A DNA stretch of 64,000 nt from NCBI GenBank assembly GCA_963791045.1, contig CAWBQK010000007.1:128001-192000 (forward strand), given 5' to 3'. Positions 30,335 through 39,854 of this stretch are shown in pieces (position 1 is the first letter of the stretch; each line of letters opens with the position of its first letter). The notes beneath the pieces are model-generated. The model was not told the origin of the DNA and ran no database searches. It saw only the letters and a list, made by a program, of their open reading frames with translations. Source of the stretch: Candidatus Latescibacterota bacterium (GTDB lineage: Bacteria; Krumholzibacteriota; Krumholzibacteriia; WVZY01). The translations under genes and the position numbers were made by a program.

Positions 30335-30498
30335 AATGTATGTGAATAATAGAACACAAAAACGGAGACGTTGGATGGGCAGCCGGGGATGGCTGGACGT
30401 TACCTCCGGTCTGGCATAATATCTACGCTTCGATGAATATTTTCATTATTTGAATGGTTTTGGAATCCGATGCGGAATTCGACCGACGGGAGTGACAG

Positions 30499-32597
30499 GT
30501 GGCCGACGCTTCGAAGTTACACAGGCGATCGCTATCGCAAGAGTGCCGTTTCTTGAAGGGAGTCGGACCGGCACGCGCGGAGCGATTGAGGCGTCTTGGA
30601 ATCGAAACGCTCGATGACCTCATTACTCATTTCCCACGGAAATATTACGACCGGCGGAACTTTGCGAAGATCAGCGCTCTTGTCCCCGGGGAAGACTCCG
30701 GTTTCGTCGGGCAGATTCTTTCCGTGGCGGGACGGTCAGCCCGCGGCCGCAGGTCGGTGATTACCGCGGCGGTTGGAGACGATACGGGAATCGTCCAGGT
30801 CGTCTGGTTCAATCAGCCCTACCTCTCCAAGGTTCTCAAAGCGGGAAACGAAATTATCGTAACCGGCGAGCTCTCGCACTTAGGGGAGCGCGGCAGGTCG
30901 TTAATCCCGAGTTCGAACTGCTTGGAACCGACCTGGACCAGGAACTCCTCCACACGGGTCGTATCGTGCCCGTCTATCCGCTTACGCGCGGAGTTTCGCA
31001 ACGATACTTGAGGGAGCTGATAGCGCGCACGCTCGATGAATACAGTGCCACTGTGTTCGAGAACCTCCCTCGATCGCTCGTCGAGTCACAAAACCTTGTT
31101 CCGCGGATCGCGGCACTGCGTGCAATTCACTTCCCGGATGGTGGGGAAGCGTACGAACGGGGTGTTTTGAGGTTCAAAATCGAGGAACTGTTTTATCTTC
31201 AATTGATATTCTCACTTCAGAGGCTTGGACGGACCGACCGCCGCAAGCGCGACGCGCTCGATATCGATTTCGAACTCGAAAATCAATTTGTTGGAGCGCT
31301 CCCATTTGAACTCACCGGAGCCCAGAAAAAGGTTCTCGACGATATCCGATCCGATTTGTCCGGCGCGGAGGGAATGCACCGGCTTCTACAGGGGGATGTG
31401 GGGTGTGGCAAGACGCTCGTGGCCGCGACGACGATGCTGGCCGGAATTGAGGCGGGCAGACAAGCCGCAATGATGGTGCCGACCGAAATACTCGCCAGCC
31501 AGCATCAGAAAACACTGACGAACTTTTTTAAGGGGCTCGACATTTCCGTCGCCCTGCTGATCGGGTCGCTCCCCGCCGCTGAGAAAAGAAGGATCCACAA
31601 GGGGCTTGCGGATGGTTCCATCCCCCTCGTTGTGGGTACGCACGCTCTTATCCAGGAGGGCGTCGAGTTCGACGATCTTGGCGTTGTGATCATTGATGAA
31701 CAACACCGGTTTGGCGTGAGGCAGCGGGCGGCGCTGCTCGGGAAAAAAGGCAATCCGCACATGCTCGTAATGACCGCGACGCCGATTCCCCGGACACTGG
31801 CTCTGACGGCCTATGCCGATCTGGATCTCTCGGTGATCGACGAGATGCCGCCGGGGAGGGCTCCGGTCAAGACCCGGATCGTCGGTCCCCAGAAGCGGGA
31901 AGCGATGTATCGGTTTATCACAGAGGAGATTTCAAAGGGGTTCCAGGCCTATCTTCTCTACCCCGTGATCGACGAGACAGAGAAACAGGATCTCGAAGCC
32001 GCTGTAACCGCCTTTGAAGAGCTCTCCAAGGGCGTATTCCAGGGAATCCCTGTGGGTTTGCTCCACGGTCGCCTGGGCTATGCGGAGAAGGACGCGGTCA
32101 TGGCCGAATTCAATTCCGGGCGGACGAAAGTTCTTGTGTCGACGACGGTTGTCGAGGTCGGTGTCCATGTACCGCAGGCGACGATAATGGCCATCCACCA
32201 TCCCGACCGTTTCGGATTGTCACAGATTCACCAGCTCAGGGGCCGCGTCGGCCGTGGCGGTCACGAGGGATACTGTTTCCTTCTTACCGGAGAGGGGATT
32301 TCCCGAACGGCCGGCGAACGGCTTGAAGTGCTGACCCGTGTGTCCGACGGGTTCGAAATCGCCGAAGAAGATCTTCGGATCCGTGGTCCCGGGGAGTTCT
32401 TCGGCGTACGGCAGCACGGAGTCCCCGGTCTCAAGATCGCGAACCCCGCCCGCGACGCCGTGCTCGTCGAAACCGCGCAAAATCTCGTAAAAAAAATCCT
32501 CCGTGAAGATCCCAGGCTCGAAGGGGCAGAGGCGCGTCCCTGTAGGCGTTATCTCGAAGAACTTGGCGCGGATACGGTGGGCGCCACAATCGGGTAG
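30499..32597 (+). CDS. recG: ATP-dependent DNA helicase RecG (single-base deletion near 30880 splits it into two ORFs)
   Basis: 'LKGVGP', 'RLLQGDVGCGKT', 'DEQHRFGV', 'MTATPIPRT', 'QLRGRVGRG', 'RGPGE'. Adding one T restores 'HFRGARQVVNPEFE...RIVPVYP'. Confidence 0.93.
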
Positions 32598-32611
32598 GGG
32601 CGGGCGTGGTC

Positions 32612-32628
32612 TTGGCGTAATAGTTGCT
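32612..32628 (+). promoter_or_regulatory. Sigma54 (-24/-12) promoter
   Basis: TTGGCGTAATAGTTGCT: GG-N10-GC with TGGC..TTGC context, upstream of 32756. Confidence 0.6.
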
Positions 32629-32755
32629 TGGGATTACCTTCGATGGGTATAAGGGGCACATCTGTGAAGGGTGCGTTGCGAAATAACGGGCCATCCTTGC
32701 ATATTTGTCCATGGAGGCCGGTATAGACCGGAACCGAAGCGGAAGGTAATCGCAA

Positions 32756-33244
32756 ATGATCATTCAATGTGAGAGCTGCATCTCCAAATATTTTTTGCCC
32801 GAATCGAAGATTCCGCCGACGCCGCTCAAGGTGAGCTGTCCAAAATGCCAGGCTGTTTTTCGCCTGGTCCCGCCGGCGGAGAAAGTCTTTGCGAGCAAGC
32901 CGGAGACCGTGGTACCGTCCGACGTGATTTCAACCGGACAAGCACCGGAGCCCGCTCAAACGACCGCGAAACCCGCGGGTCGCTCAAAGAGATCGGCGGG
33001 GCAGGGTCCGGACGCAAGGGCGAGACGTCTTGCCCGCGTGCTCGTGTCGGACATCCTGTGTTACAACAAAGAGAAGCGTGACCAGGCGCTCATCGACGAC
33101 GAACTGATGTCGGTTCTCGGTGATGAAATTAAAAAGTCCTGGGAGCTTTATAAGGAAAAGGTGGGGCCGGAGCTCGCCAATTCCACGAACTACTTCAAGG
33201 AAGCCTTGAACGAGATTTTAGCGGATGGGCAGAAAGTTTTCTGA
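32756..33244 (+). CDS. MJ0042-type zinc-ribbon protein with C-terminal RomX-like helical domain
   Basis: CESC..CPKC zinc ribbon, Pro/Ala linker, then 'ARRLARVLVSDI..YN...LYK..V.....NYF..ALN.IL', which resembles Myxococcus RomX as I recall it. Confidence 0.7.
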   Translation: MIIQCESCISKYFLPESKIPPTPLKVSCPKCQAVFRLVPPAEKVFASKPETVVPSDVISTGQAPEPAQTTAKPAGRSKRSAGQGPDARARRLARVLVSDILCYNKEKRDQALIDDELMSVLGDEIKKSWELYKEKVGPELANSTNYFKEALNEILADGQKVF

Positions 33245-33251
33245 TCAAGCC

Positions 33252-34145
33252 ATGACTTCGAATCACACGAAGTCTCAAGGTGCTCGTGAGCCGGCGGTTT
33301 TCGTCGTGTCAAACGATGCGGCCTATCTGAAGGCCGTATTGTCTTCAGTGTCGGGAAGTCCCCGACAACTACACCCCATGTTCGAACATAGACCAGATGA
33401 TGTCAGGCGCTGGCCGCGGCGCGACAAGCTCAATGTCGTTTTCGCGATCATCGTCGAGAAAGACGGTTATGCCGTCGACACGCTGATGCTGAGAACGTGC
33501 AAGCTCGATTATCCGCAGGTCAATTTCATAGTCATGCTGGAAGAGTGCGAGCAACGGTGTTACGTCCGATTCCAGTCCCTCGGAGTTCAGAGTATCCTCC
33601 TTGCACCGCACACCGAAGTCAGTCTCAAAAATGAGATTACCACCGCTCTGCCCAACATTCCCCAGTTCAAACGTCACCCGGATCTCCCGTTCCGGGGTAG
33701 CGTTCGTTTCGATTTCCTGGTTCCCAGCGATCTTTCGTATGTGCTGGGAATCAACCACCTCGTGTCGACGCTCCTGAAAGAGTTTTCGTTTCCCGCCGTC
33801 GATTACCGGATAAACATACCGCTGGCGTGCGATGAAGCGATAACCAACGCGATGGTCCATGGAAACAAGTCAGACGCTGAGAAGAAAGTGAGCGTTCAAA
33901 TCTACATCAGCTCGTCGAGGATCAAGCTGCGGATAAAGGATCAGGGCGAGGGTTTTGATGTTGAGCAGGTGGCGAACCCCATTGCGAGCGAGAACCTGAT
34001 GCGTTCATCGGGACGCGGCGTGTATCTGATGAGGAGTATCATGGATACCGTTGAGTACAAAGACGGCGGACGCGTTCTTGAGCTCGAAAAAACAAACACC
34101 AACTCAAACGGAAACGGCGCGATCCGGAACGGCGCCCCGCGTTAG
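33252..34145 (+). CDS. Degenerate receiver-like domain fused to RsbW/SpoIIAB-type anti-sigma factor kinase (HATPase_c_2)
   Basis: 'EAITNAMVHGN', 'IKDQGEGFD', 'GRGVYLMRSIMD'. The N-terminal half has a receiver-like pattern without the acidic pocket or Lys. Confidence 0.75.
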   Translation: MTSNHTKSQGAREPAVFVVSNDAAYLKAVLSSVSGSPRQLHPMFEHRPDDVRRWPRRDKLNVVFAIIVEKDGYAVDTLMLRTCKLDYPQVNFIVMLEECEQRCYVRFQSLGVQSILLAPHTEVSLKNEITTALPNIPQFKRHPDLPFRGSVRFDFLVPSDLSYVLGINHLVSTLLKEFSFPAVDYRINIPLACDEAITNAMVHGNKSDAEKKVSVQIYISSSRIKLRIKDQGEGFDVEQVANPIASENLMRSSGRGVYLMRSIMDTVEYKDGGRVLELEKTNTNSNGNGAIRNGAPR

Positions 34146-34156
34146 ACGGCGATCCA

Positions 34157-34597
34157 TCATTCGTCGTGCCACTTCTCCTTGGCGACCCTGCCCAGCATTT
34201 CATCGATTTGATTCCATATGCGCGCATTCTGATCGGGCTCGAACAGGGCCTTCTTGACACGGCCGTACTCGTCTTTCTGGACGTAGCGGATTGATTTGAG
34301 AGTCTCCATCGGTACAAGAATATCTTTGCAGACTTTGACCTCGAGAGGTTTGCCGTCGAGGTTGATGTCGGGATTGTTGTCGGGGTGCATTCCAAGGCCC
34401 CAGCCGTGTGCGATCATGCTGCAGATGAGCGCGCGAAATGTATCCTGGTCCTGAACCGTGTCCAGATCGAGCGTGCCATGAATTTTTTCTGACACTCCGC
34501 CGACCACGGGTATGAGTTTTTTCATAACTTGTGGGCTAATTTCCACATTCAGGAGCCGGGAAAACATCTCCGTAAGCATCTTTTCAATGATCCGCAT
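34157..34597 (-). CDS. Hypothetical 146-aa protein with a PD-(D/E)xK-like motif
   Basis: Last ORF of the minus-strand operon; contains 'NPDINLDGKPLEVK'. Confidence 0.55.
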   Translation of the reverse strand: MRIIEKMLTEMFSRLLNVEISPQVMKKLIPVVGGVSEKIHGTLDLDTVQDQDTFRALICSMIAHGWGLGMHPDNNPDINLDGKPLEVKVCKDILVPMETLKSIRYVQKDEYGRVKKALFEPDQNARIWNQIDEMLGRVAKEKWHDE

Positions 34598-34626
34598 GGA
34601 AGTACCACCCATCTTGGGGAACGATG

Positions 34627-35874
34627 TTAAATCTCGAGGTAGTCTTTTCTCTCCAACCACAAACCCACAACTGCAAGAAGCACGCCCAAACACAGGATGA
34701 TGAACGCCTTATCGAGAGCGACGGTTATCAGCGTGGCGAGAAGTGACATTGTGAGGAATGAGGTCTTGGTGACAACCTCGCGGGCGGCGAATACGCGTCC
34801 CCGAAAATCGCCGGGGATGTGGATCTGAAGGAGGGTCTCGGTGACGACGGAAATCGGCGAGACGGCCACGCCAAGGACGAAGGCCCAGACCATCAGGGGA
34901 ATCAAACCACCTGCGAATGACACCGCGACGAGAGCGGCGGCGAGGAGCAGGGTCGAGTGCGCCACCACCCGATTGAATGACAACCGTCCCTGGCACAGGC
35001 TGGCCAGGCCGGCGCCCGCGAGAAGTCCAACGGTACCCGACACGGCAACGAGAGAAAGGTATATCGTCCGGTCTGTGGGCAGTATCTCCTGGATACGCGC
35101 GATGCCGACAACGTAGAGGATCGAAAGGACTCCAAAAAGCGCCGTCTGCGCGGCGAGGCAGTAGGCGATCCGCCGATCTGTTTTTATGAGACCGATACCC
35201 TGGCGAATCGAGCCGAACAGTGAAGATGCCCGGGGGCGCGTTCGCGGTCTTGCGTCGACGGTATCGTTTTCGGCCGGGCGGTTTCGCCGAATGAGACGGG
35301 GGAGAAAGAACAGGGGCAGGAGGAAAATTACCGAGACGAAATAGCTCGTCGCGTCGGTATAAAAACTGAGCTGCCATGACCGGTAGTCGAAAAACCAGCC
35401 GCCGACAAGAAATCCGCCGATCGTGCCGATGATACCGAGCCCCCATAGCACCGCGTTTATCCGGAGAAGTTTCAGCTGCCCGAAATATTCGGGGATGGCG
35501 GCGGACTTGGCGGGCGCGAAGAGCAGATTGGCCATCGAGAGAAAGAATATGGGGATATAGAACGCGTACATGCTGTCCATGAAGTGATAAAGGACGGGAA
35601 TTACAGCCACACACAGACCACGGGCGAAATCCGTAACGACGAGCACCGTCGCCCGGTTGCCGCGATCCACGAGATCGCCAAAGAGGGGCGCAAAGAGAAG
35701 TATCGGGAGATGCCCGAAAAGAATGAATTGAAACAACTCGATGCTCGACCCCGGCGCGACTTTCCCGATCATGCCGACGACGGAGAATTGATGGAGCCGA
35801 TCGCCAAAAATCGATACCACCTGCGCGATTGTGAAGGAGAAAAACGCGAATTTGAGGAAGGACGATTTCGGCAA
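34627..35874 (-). CDS. MFS transporter
   Basis: About 12 hydrophobic segments, 'G.LVDRGNR' motif A, 'F.PAK.A.IP', 'RGRVFA'. Confidence 0.85.
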   Translation of the reverse strand: MPKSSFLKFAFFSFTIAQVVSIFGDRLHQFSVVGMIGKVAPGSSIELFQFILFGHLPILLFAPLFGDLVDRGNRATVLVVTDFARGLCVAVIPVLYHFMDSMYAFYIPIFFLSMANLLFAPAKSAAIPEYFGQLKLLRINAVLWGLGIIGTIGGFLVGGWFFDYRSWQLSFYTDATSYFVSVIFLLPLFFLPRLIRRNRPAENDTVDARPRTRPRASSLFGSIRQGIGLIKTDRRIAYCLAAQTALFGVLSILYVVGIARIQEILPTDRTIYLSLVAVSGTVGLLAGAGLASLCQGRLSFNRVVAHSTLLLAAALVAVSFAGGLIPLMVWAFVLGVAVSPISVVTETLLQIHIPGDFRGRVFAAREVVTKTSFLTMSLLATLITVALDKAFIILCLGVLLAVVGLWLERKDYLEI

Positions 35875-35878
35875 GCGT

Positions 35879-37042
35879 CTATGCCTTCTGGATCTGGAGT
35901 ACCGACTCGCGGTCGGGCCGCGACGCCAGCTCTTCGGTCAGGCCGGTGTCGTACACCTGCTCGAGCCGGCGGGCGATACTGGTCCAATGATAGCTTTCGG
36001 CGAATGTTCGGCCGTTTTCGCTGAGCGCCATCCGGAGTTCTTCGTCGTTGATGAGTTCGCTCAGGGCGGCCGCCAATGATTTCGAATCCTTCGGCGGGAC
36101 TGTAAGAGAGTTCCGCCGGTCTTCGAGTATCGTCAGATAGCCGGGAATTGATGTCGCGATGATCGGTGTGCCCGACGCCATAGCCTCGAGAAGAACGATT
36201 CCAAAACTCTCGTGATCCGTTGCCGGCGAACAGAAGACATGCCCGGTTGCGAAATACCTCGGGAGCAGGTCTTTCGGTACCACCCCGGCGAAGTGAAGTT
36301 CGATCCGTTTGGGGAGGCGCGGAAGAAGATGCCGGCGCGGCGTGTTGTCGCCGACGATGATAAGGCGGATTCTGCGCGTGGTTGATTTCGCCACCGATGA
36401 CATCGCGTGGAAAAGATACTTGAGCCCCTTGCGCTGATCGAGGCGCCCGACATAGAGAATGTTGAACGCGTCATCGCAGAACTCGTCGATGGGTTTGCGC
36501 TCAGGTGAAAACCGAGTGCAGTCGACCCCGTTCGGTATGATTGTGAAATCACCGGGGACGTACTTGTTCGCCAGCGCACGTGCGGCGTTCGAGACGGCGA
36601 TACGGGTGTCAATCCTCCGCGCGACTCTCCTGAAGAAATGCCCGAATGCCCAATGCCCAAAGCTGCGATCCGCGGCGGCGTGAAACGTCCCCAGGACGCG
36701 GCAATTCTTCGGAGCCGTAAGGAGTGTGAGCAAGGGAAGCGTCGGCGCCATCGGGCAGTGGGTGTGGATGACATCGGGTTCCAGATCGTTGAAGACCCGT
36801 TTGAGATCCCGGGCGAGGTTGGTGCCCACGGTCATATTCGCCCAGGCTCCGTATATGGGGACGAGAACATTCTTGCCCAGGCGAACAATACCCGGTTCCG
36901 TTTGTCTTGAATTGTCGAAGTTGGAAGTGACGACAGTTACGTCGTGCCCCAAACGTCTCAACTCGAGCGCGCTGTGATGAACGTGCTCGGTGACGCCGCC
37001 GGGGCGCGGGTAGTAAGACTGTGAAACAAGGGCGATTCTCAT
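35879..37042 (-). CDS. GT4 glycosyltransferase, PimA-like
   Basis: 'PGGV.EHV', 'GTFH', 'IAVS', 'IPNGVD', 'VGR...RKG', 'ESFGIVLLEAMASG'. Confidence 0.85.
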   Translation of the reverse strand: MRIALVSQSYYPRPGGVTEHVHHSALELRRLGHDVTVVTSNFDNSRQTEPGIVRLGKNVLVPIYGAWANMTVGTNLARDLKRVFNDLEPDVIHTHCPMAPTLPLLTLLTAPKNCRVLGTFHAAADRSFGHWAFGHFFRRVARRIDTRIAVSNAARALANKYVPGDFTIIPNGVDCTRFSPERKPIDEFCDDAFNILYVGRLDQRKGLKYLFHAMSSVAKSTTRRIRLIIVGDNTPRRHLLPRLPKRIELHFAGVVPKDLLPRYFATGHVFCSPATDHESFGIVLLEAMASGTPIIATSIPGYLTILEDRRNSLTVPPKDSKSLAAALSELINDEELRMALSENGRTFAESYHWTSIARRLEQVYDTGLTEELASRPDRESVLQIQKA

Positions 37043-37914
37043 AATTGAGGGGTAACGTCCGTTTTAGAGAGTTTCCGAAATATACACCACTGCCCGGGGT
37101 CATCTACAATACATTTTTCCACTCGGCTCATCAATGATTGCGTCATCTCCCGTTCGCCGGCGATATCGGCCGGCGGCGCCATCGGCGGTTCGACAATCAC
37201 ATCGAGGTGGTTGTCCGGGCGCCTGCGGCAGTAGGTCAACGCGACGGGCGTTGACATGACCCTCGACAACCGGGATGGTCCGCGGGGCGCTGTTATCTGT
37301 TTTCCCAGAAATGACACGTTATGTCCACCGGCAAAAAGATCCCCGTCGATATGAAGCGCCAGTGCCTGGTTCGCTTCGAGGGCCCTGTAAAGATCCCGGA
37401 GCGGTTGTTCGAGCCCGAGCATCTTGATGCCGAACCGTTCCTTGAGCGCTTTCACCTGTTCGGACCAGCCCGGACGGAGTTGTTCTCCGGCGATCGTGGT
37501 TATGGGCACGCCGTTCATTGAGAGGAAGAGCCCCCCGAGTTCCCAGTTGCCCGAGTGAAATGTTGCGAGGATGATGCCGCGCCCCCTGGCCAGCACTGCG
37601 TCGATATGCTCCCTGCCGTGCAGACTCATTCTCTCCCGGATGTCCTGCTCCGGCGCCGTCGTCGTCTTGAGAAGTTCGAGCACGTTGAGAGATTGGCTTT
37701 GGAATGATCGCCACGGCGGACGACCCGGGCCGAATTCGACGGCGGGTTTTGTGTTGGCCAGGTAATTTCGCCGTTTTCCGGGTGAGGTCCAGTAGTGGAT
37801 GAAGCCCCCGATTCTCGCCGCCCAACCGAGAAGTGTGTACGGCAGGAACGAGATGCCCCACGTGGCCAGACGGTACGAGAGAGGTCCGCGTTGGTTTCCG
37901 TTCCGGATCGGCAT
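37039..37914 (-). CDS. Lipid acyltransferase (LpxL/PatA family)
   Basis: 'GRGIILATFHSGNWE', 'V.FLG......GP', 'I...PGQW'. ATG 37914 follows GAGG. Confidence 0.82.
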   Translation of the reverse strand: MPIRNGNQRGPLSYRLATWGISFLPYTLLGWAARIGGFIHYWTSPGKRRNYLANTKPAVEFGPGRPPWRSFQSQSLNVLELLKTTTAPEQDIRERMSLHGREHIDAVLARGRGIILATFHSGNWELGGLFLSMNGVPITTIAGEQLRPGWSEQVKALKERFGIKMLGLEQPLRDLYRALEANQALALHIDGDLFAGGHNVSFLGKQITAPRGPSRLSRVMSTPVALTYCRRRPDNHLDVIVEPPMAPPADIAGEREMTQSLMSRVEKCIVDDPGQWCIFRKLSKTDVTPQL

Positions 37915-38121
37915 GCCCCGCCTCTCTGACGATCCCCCCGCTTTTGCGCCGCGATTCAAGGGGGAGATTCGTCGACTCACTTCCATTTCCGGAAATGCAA
38001 GTTCGTGAGCACTTTGCATTCCGCGTTCCCCGCCGGCACACGGGGCCTGCATCAGCAGTATTGTATGCGATTTGACATGAATGAGTTAAGCGGTTTCTGC
38101 CGGCGCTCTCGATTTGAGTGT

Positions 38122-38138
38122 TTGGCACGCTCTTTGCG
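38122..38138 (+). promoter_or_regulatory. Sigma54 (-24/-12) promoter
   Basis: TTGGCACGCTCTTTGCG, a near-consensus TGGCACG-N4-TTGC. An IHF-like CATGAATGAGTTA lies at 38076-38088. Confidence 0.72.
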
Positions 38139-38254
38139 CCTACCGGCCCTGCGGCAGTGTGCCCCGAGTCAAACGAATATCTAAGGTGCCGTTGATCCCG
38201 CCGTCGGGCGACACGGTTGAGAAGCTAAACCAGCGTGTTTCGAAAGGGTTAGAA

Positions 38255-39694
38255 ATGGTGGTCTTCAACACATCAGGATCGGAAGTCAACACCAAGATCG
38301 TCTACTACGGACCTGCCTTGAGCGGCAAGACGACCAATCTCGAGCACATCTATCGACAGATGCCGTCCGACGTAAAAGGCAAAATGGTGTCCATGAAGAC
38401 GCGGACGGACCGCACGTTGTTTTTTGATTTTCTGCCGCTGCAGCTCGGCGACGTCAATGGCTACCGCACTCGGATTCTTCTCTACACGGTTCCCGGCCAG
38501 GTTTATTACAACGCGACCCGGAAACTGGTTCTCAAGGGCGCGGATGCCGTGGTTTTTGTCGCCGACTCGGACCCGGAAAAACACGAAGAAAACATCGACA
38601 GCCTTCGGAATCTCGAAGAAAACCTCAACGAACTCGGGCTCACGCTCGACACGACGCCGTGGGTAATTCAGTTCAACAAAAGAGATCTGCCCAGTGCGGC
38701 GCCGGTAAGAACACTGGAGAGCGAACTCAATCTTCTCAATGTGCCGAGTTACGAGGCAATCGCCACACAGGGAATCGGCGTCTACGAAACATTCCAGGGG
38801 ATTGCCGGCATGCTTTACAACAAGCTGACGGAGAAGCTCGAACCACGGCGTCCCGAAGACGCCGCACAACCGGCGGCTACGCCGGAGGTACTCGCGGGCC
38901 CACCCAACAACGACAAGTCCATGACGGATGTGATCGATGACGCTCTGCGCGAAGTTGCGACACCCGTTCCTGGAAGTGCGCCTGTGGAAGCCACCGCGGC
39001 GCCCGTTGCAGAAGCATCCGAATCGCCTGCCGGCCAGGTCGATGGCGAAATGATCACCGCCCCGGCTCAAATAGCCGCCGCACCGGCGGGGCAGCCGGCG
39101 CCGATCACACCGGCTCCGGCCCAGGCGGCCGTCACACCGCCGGCGCCGACTTCTCAGTCCGTGCCGACCGATGTGGCTCCGTCAACCGCACCGTCCGCGG
39201 CCCCCGTCGCCAGCGCCCCGGTCACCGAAACCCCGGTGGCGCTCCAGGAAACCGCACGGCCATCGGCCGATACGGAACACATCGAGTGTGAACACGAGGA
39301 TACCGTTATGCCTGCGCCGCCGCGTGTCAGTGCCGATTCGGAGGATGAAACGTTTAAATTTGCTTCGCTGGAGGCCAAGAAAATGGACGAGACAGTCGGT
39401 CCGGTACTTGATCTCGATGAGAAAGACAACGAAGAAAAGGTCGATACAAAGCCGCTGGCGAAGGAAGATGAGTTTATTACGGATCCCTGCCGGTCGGACG
39501 CCGTGAACAATGAGATCGAGAACATCACTGAGATGATTTCGAACACGGAAGATGTCACTCTCGACGAGCAGTCCGCCATGTTGGACGATGAATGCACGAT
39601 AACAGTGCCTGTACTCCTCTCGCGGACGCAGATTCGCAAGACGATTCCGATCAAACTTCGGCTCGAGGTGCAAATCATAGACGACGATCTGTAG
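38255..39694 (+). CDS. MglA-family small GTPase with long Pro/Ala- and acid-rich C-terminal extension
   Basis: 'KIVYYGPALSGKTTN' (G1), 'RTLFFDFLP', 'YTVPGQVYYNATRKLVL', 'VFVADS', 'QFNKRDL' (G4), 'EAIA..G.GV..TF'. Confidence 0.88.
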   Translation: MVVFNTSGSEVNTKIVYYGPALSGKTTNLEHIYRQMPSDVKGKMVSMKTRTDRTLFFDFLPLQLGDVNGYRTRILLYTVPGQVYYNATRKLVLKGADAVVFVADSDPEKHEENIDSLRNLEENLNELGLTLDTTPWVIQFNKRDLPSAAPVRTLESELNLLNVPSYEAIATQGIGVYETFQGIAGMLYNKLTEKLEPRRPEDAAQPAATPEVLAGPPNNDKSMTDVIDDALREVATPVPGSAPVEATAAPVAEASESPAGQVDGEMITAPAQIAAAPAGQPAPITPAPAQAAVTPPAPTSQSVPTDVAPSTAPSAAPVASAPVTETPVALQETARPSADTEHIECEHEDTVMPAPPRVSADSEDETFKFASLEAKKMDETVGPVLDLDEKDNEEKVDTKPLAKEDEFITDPCRSDAVNNEIENITEMISNTEDVTLDEQSAMLDDECTITVPVLLSRTQIRKTIPIKLRLEVQIIDDDL

Positions 39695-39854
39695 CCGCAA
39701 GAGACTCCGTTTACACGGAAAGTCCCCTCTATTTTTCCCTTCCTCTCCGATTGCGAAGAAAAACCGCACTCTTTTGCGTCAAAATGCTTGACACGTTTTT
39801 TAATGCTGTAATAGTTTCGCTCTTGAAGAAGTTATCAACAGGGAAGCTATTCTA

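Noticed and set aside
30411-30429. Sigma54-like CTGGCATAATATCTACGC upstream of recG
   Set aside because: GG-to-GC spacing is 12, not the required 10.
29989-30498. rpmB (L28), often found upstream of recG
   Set aside because: No L28-like translation in the frames I read.
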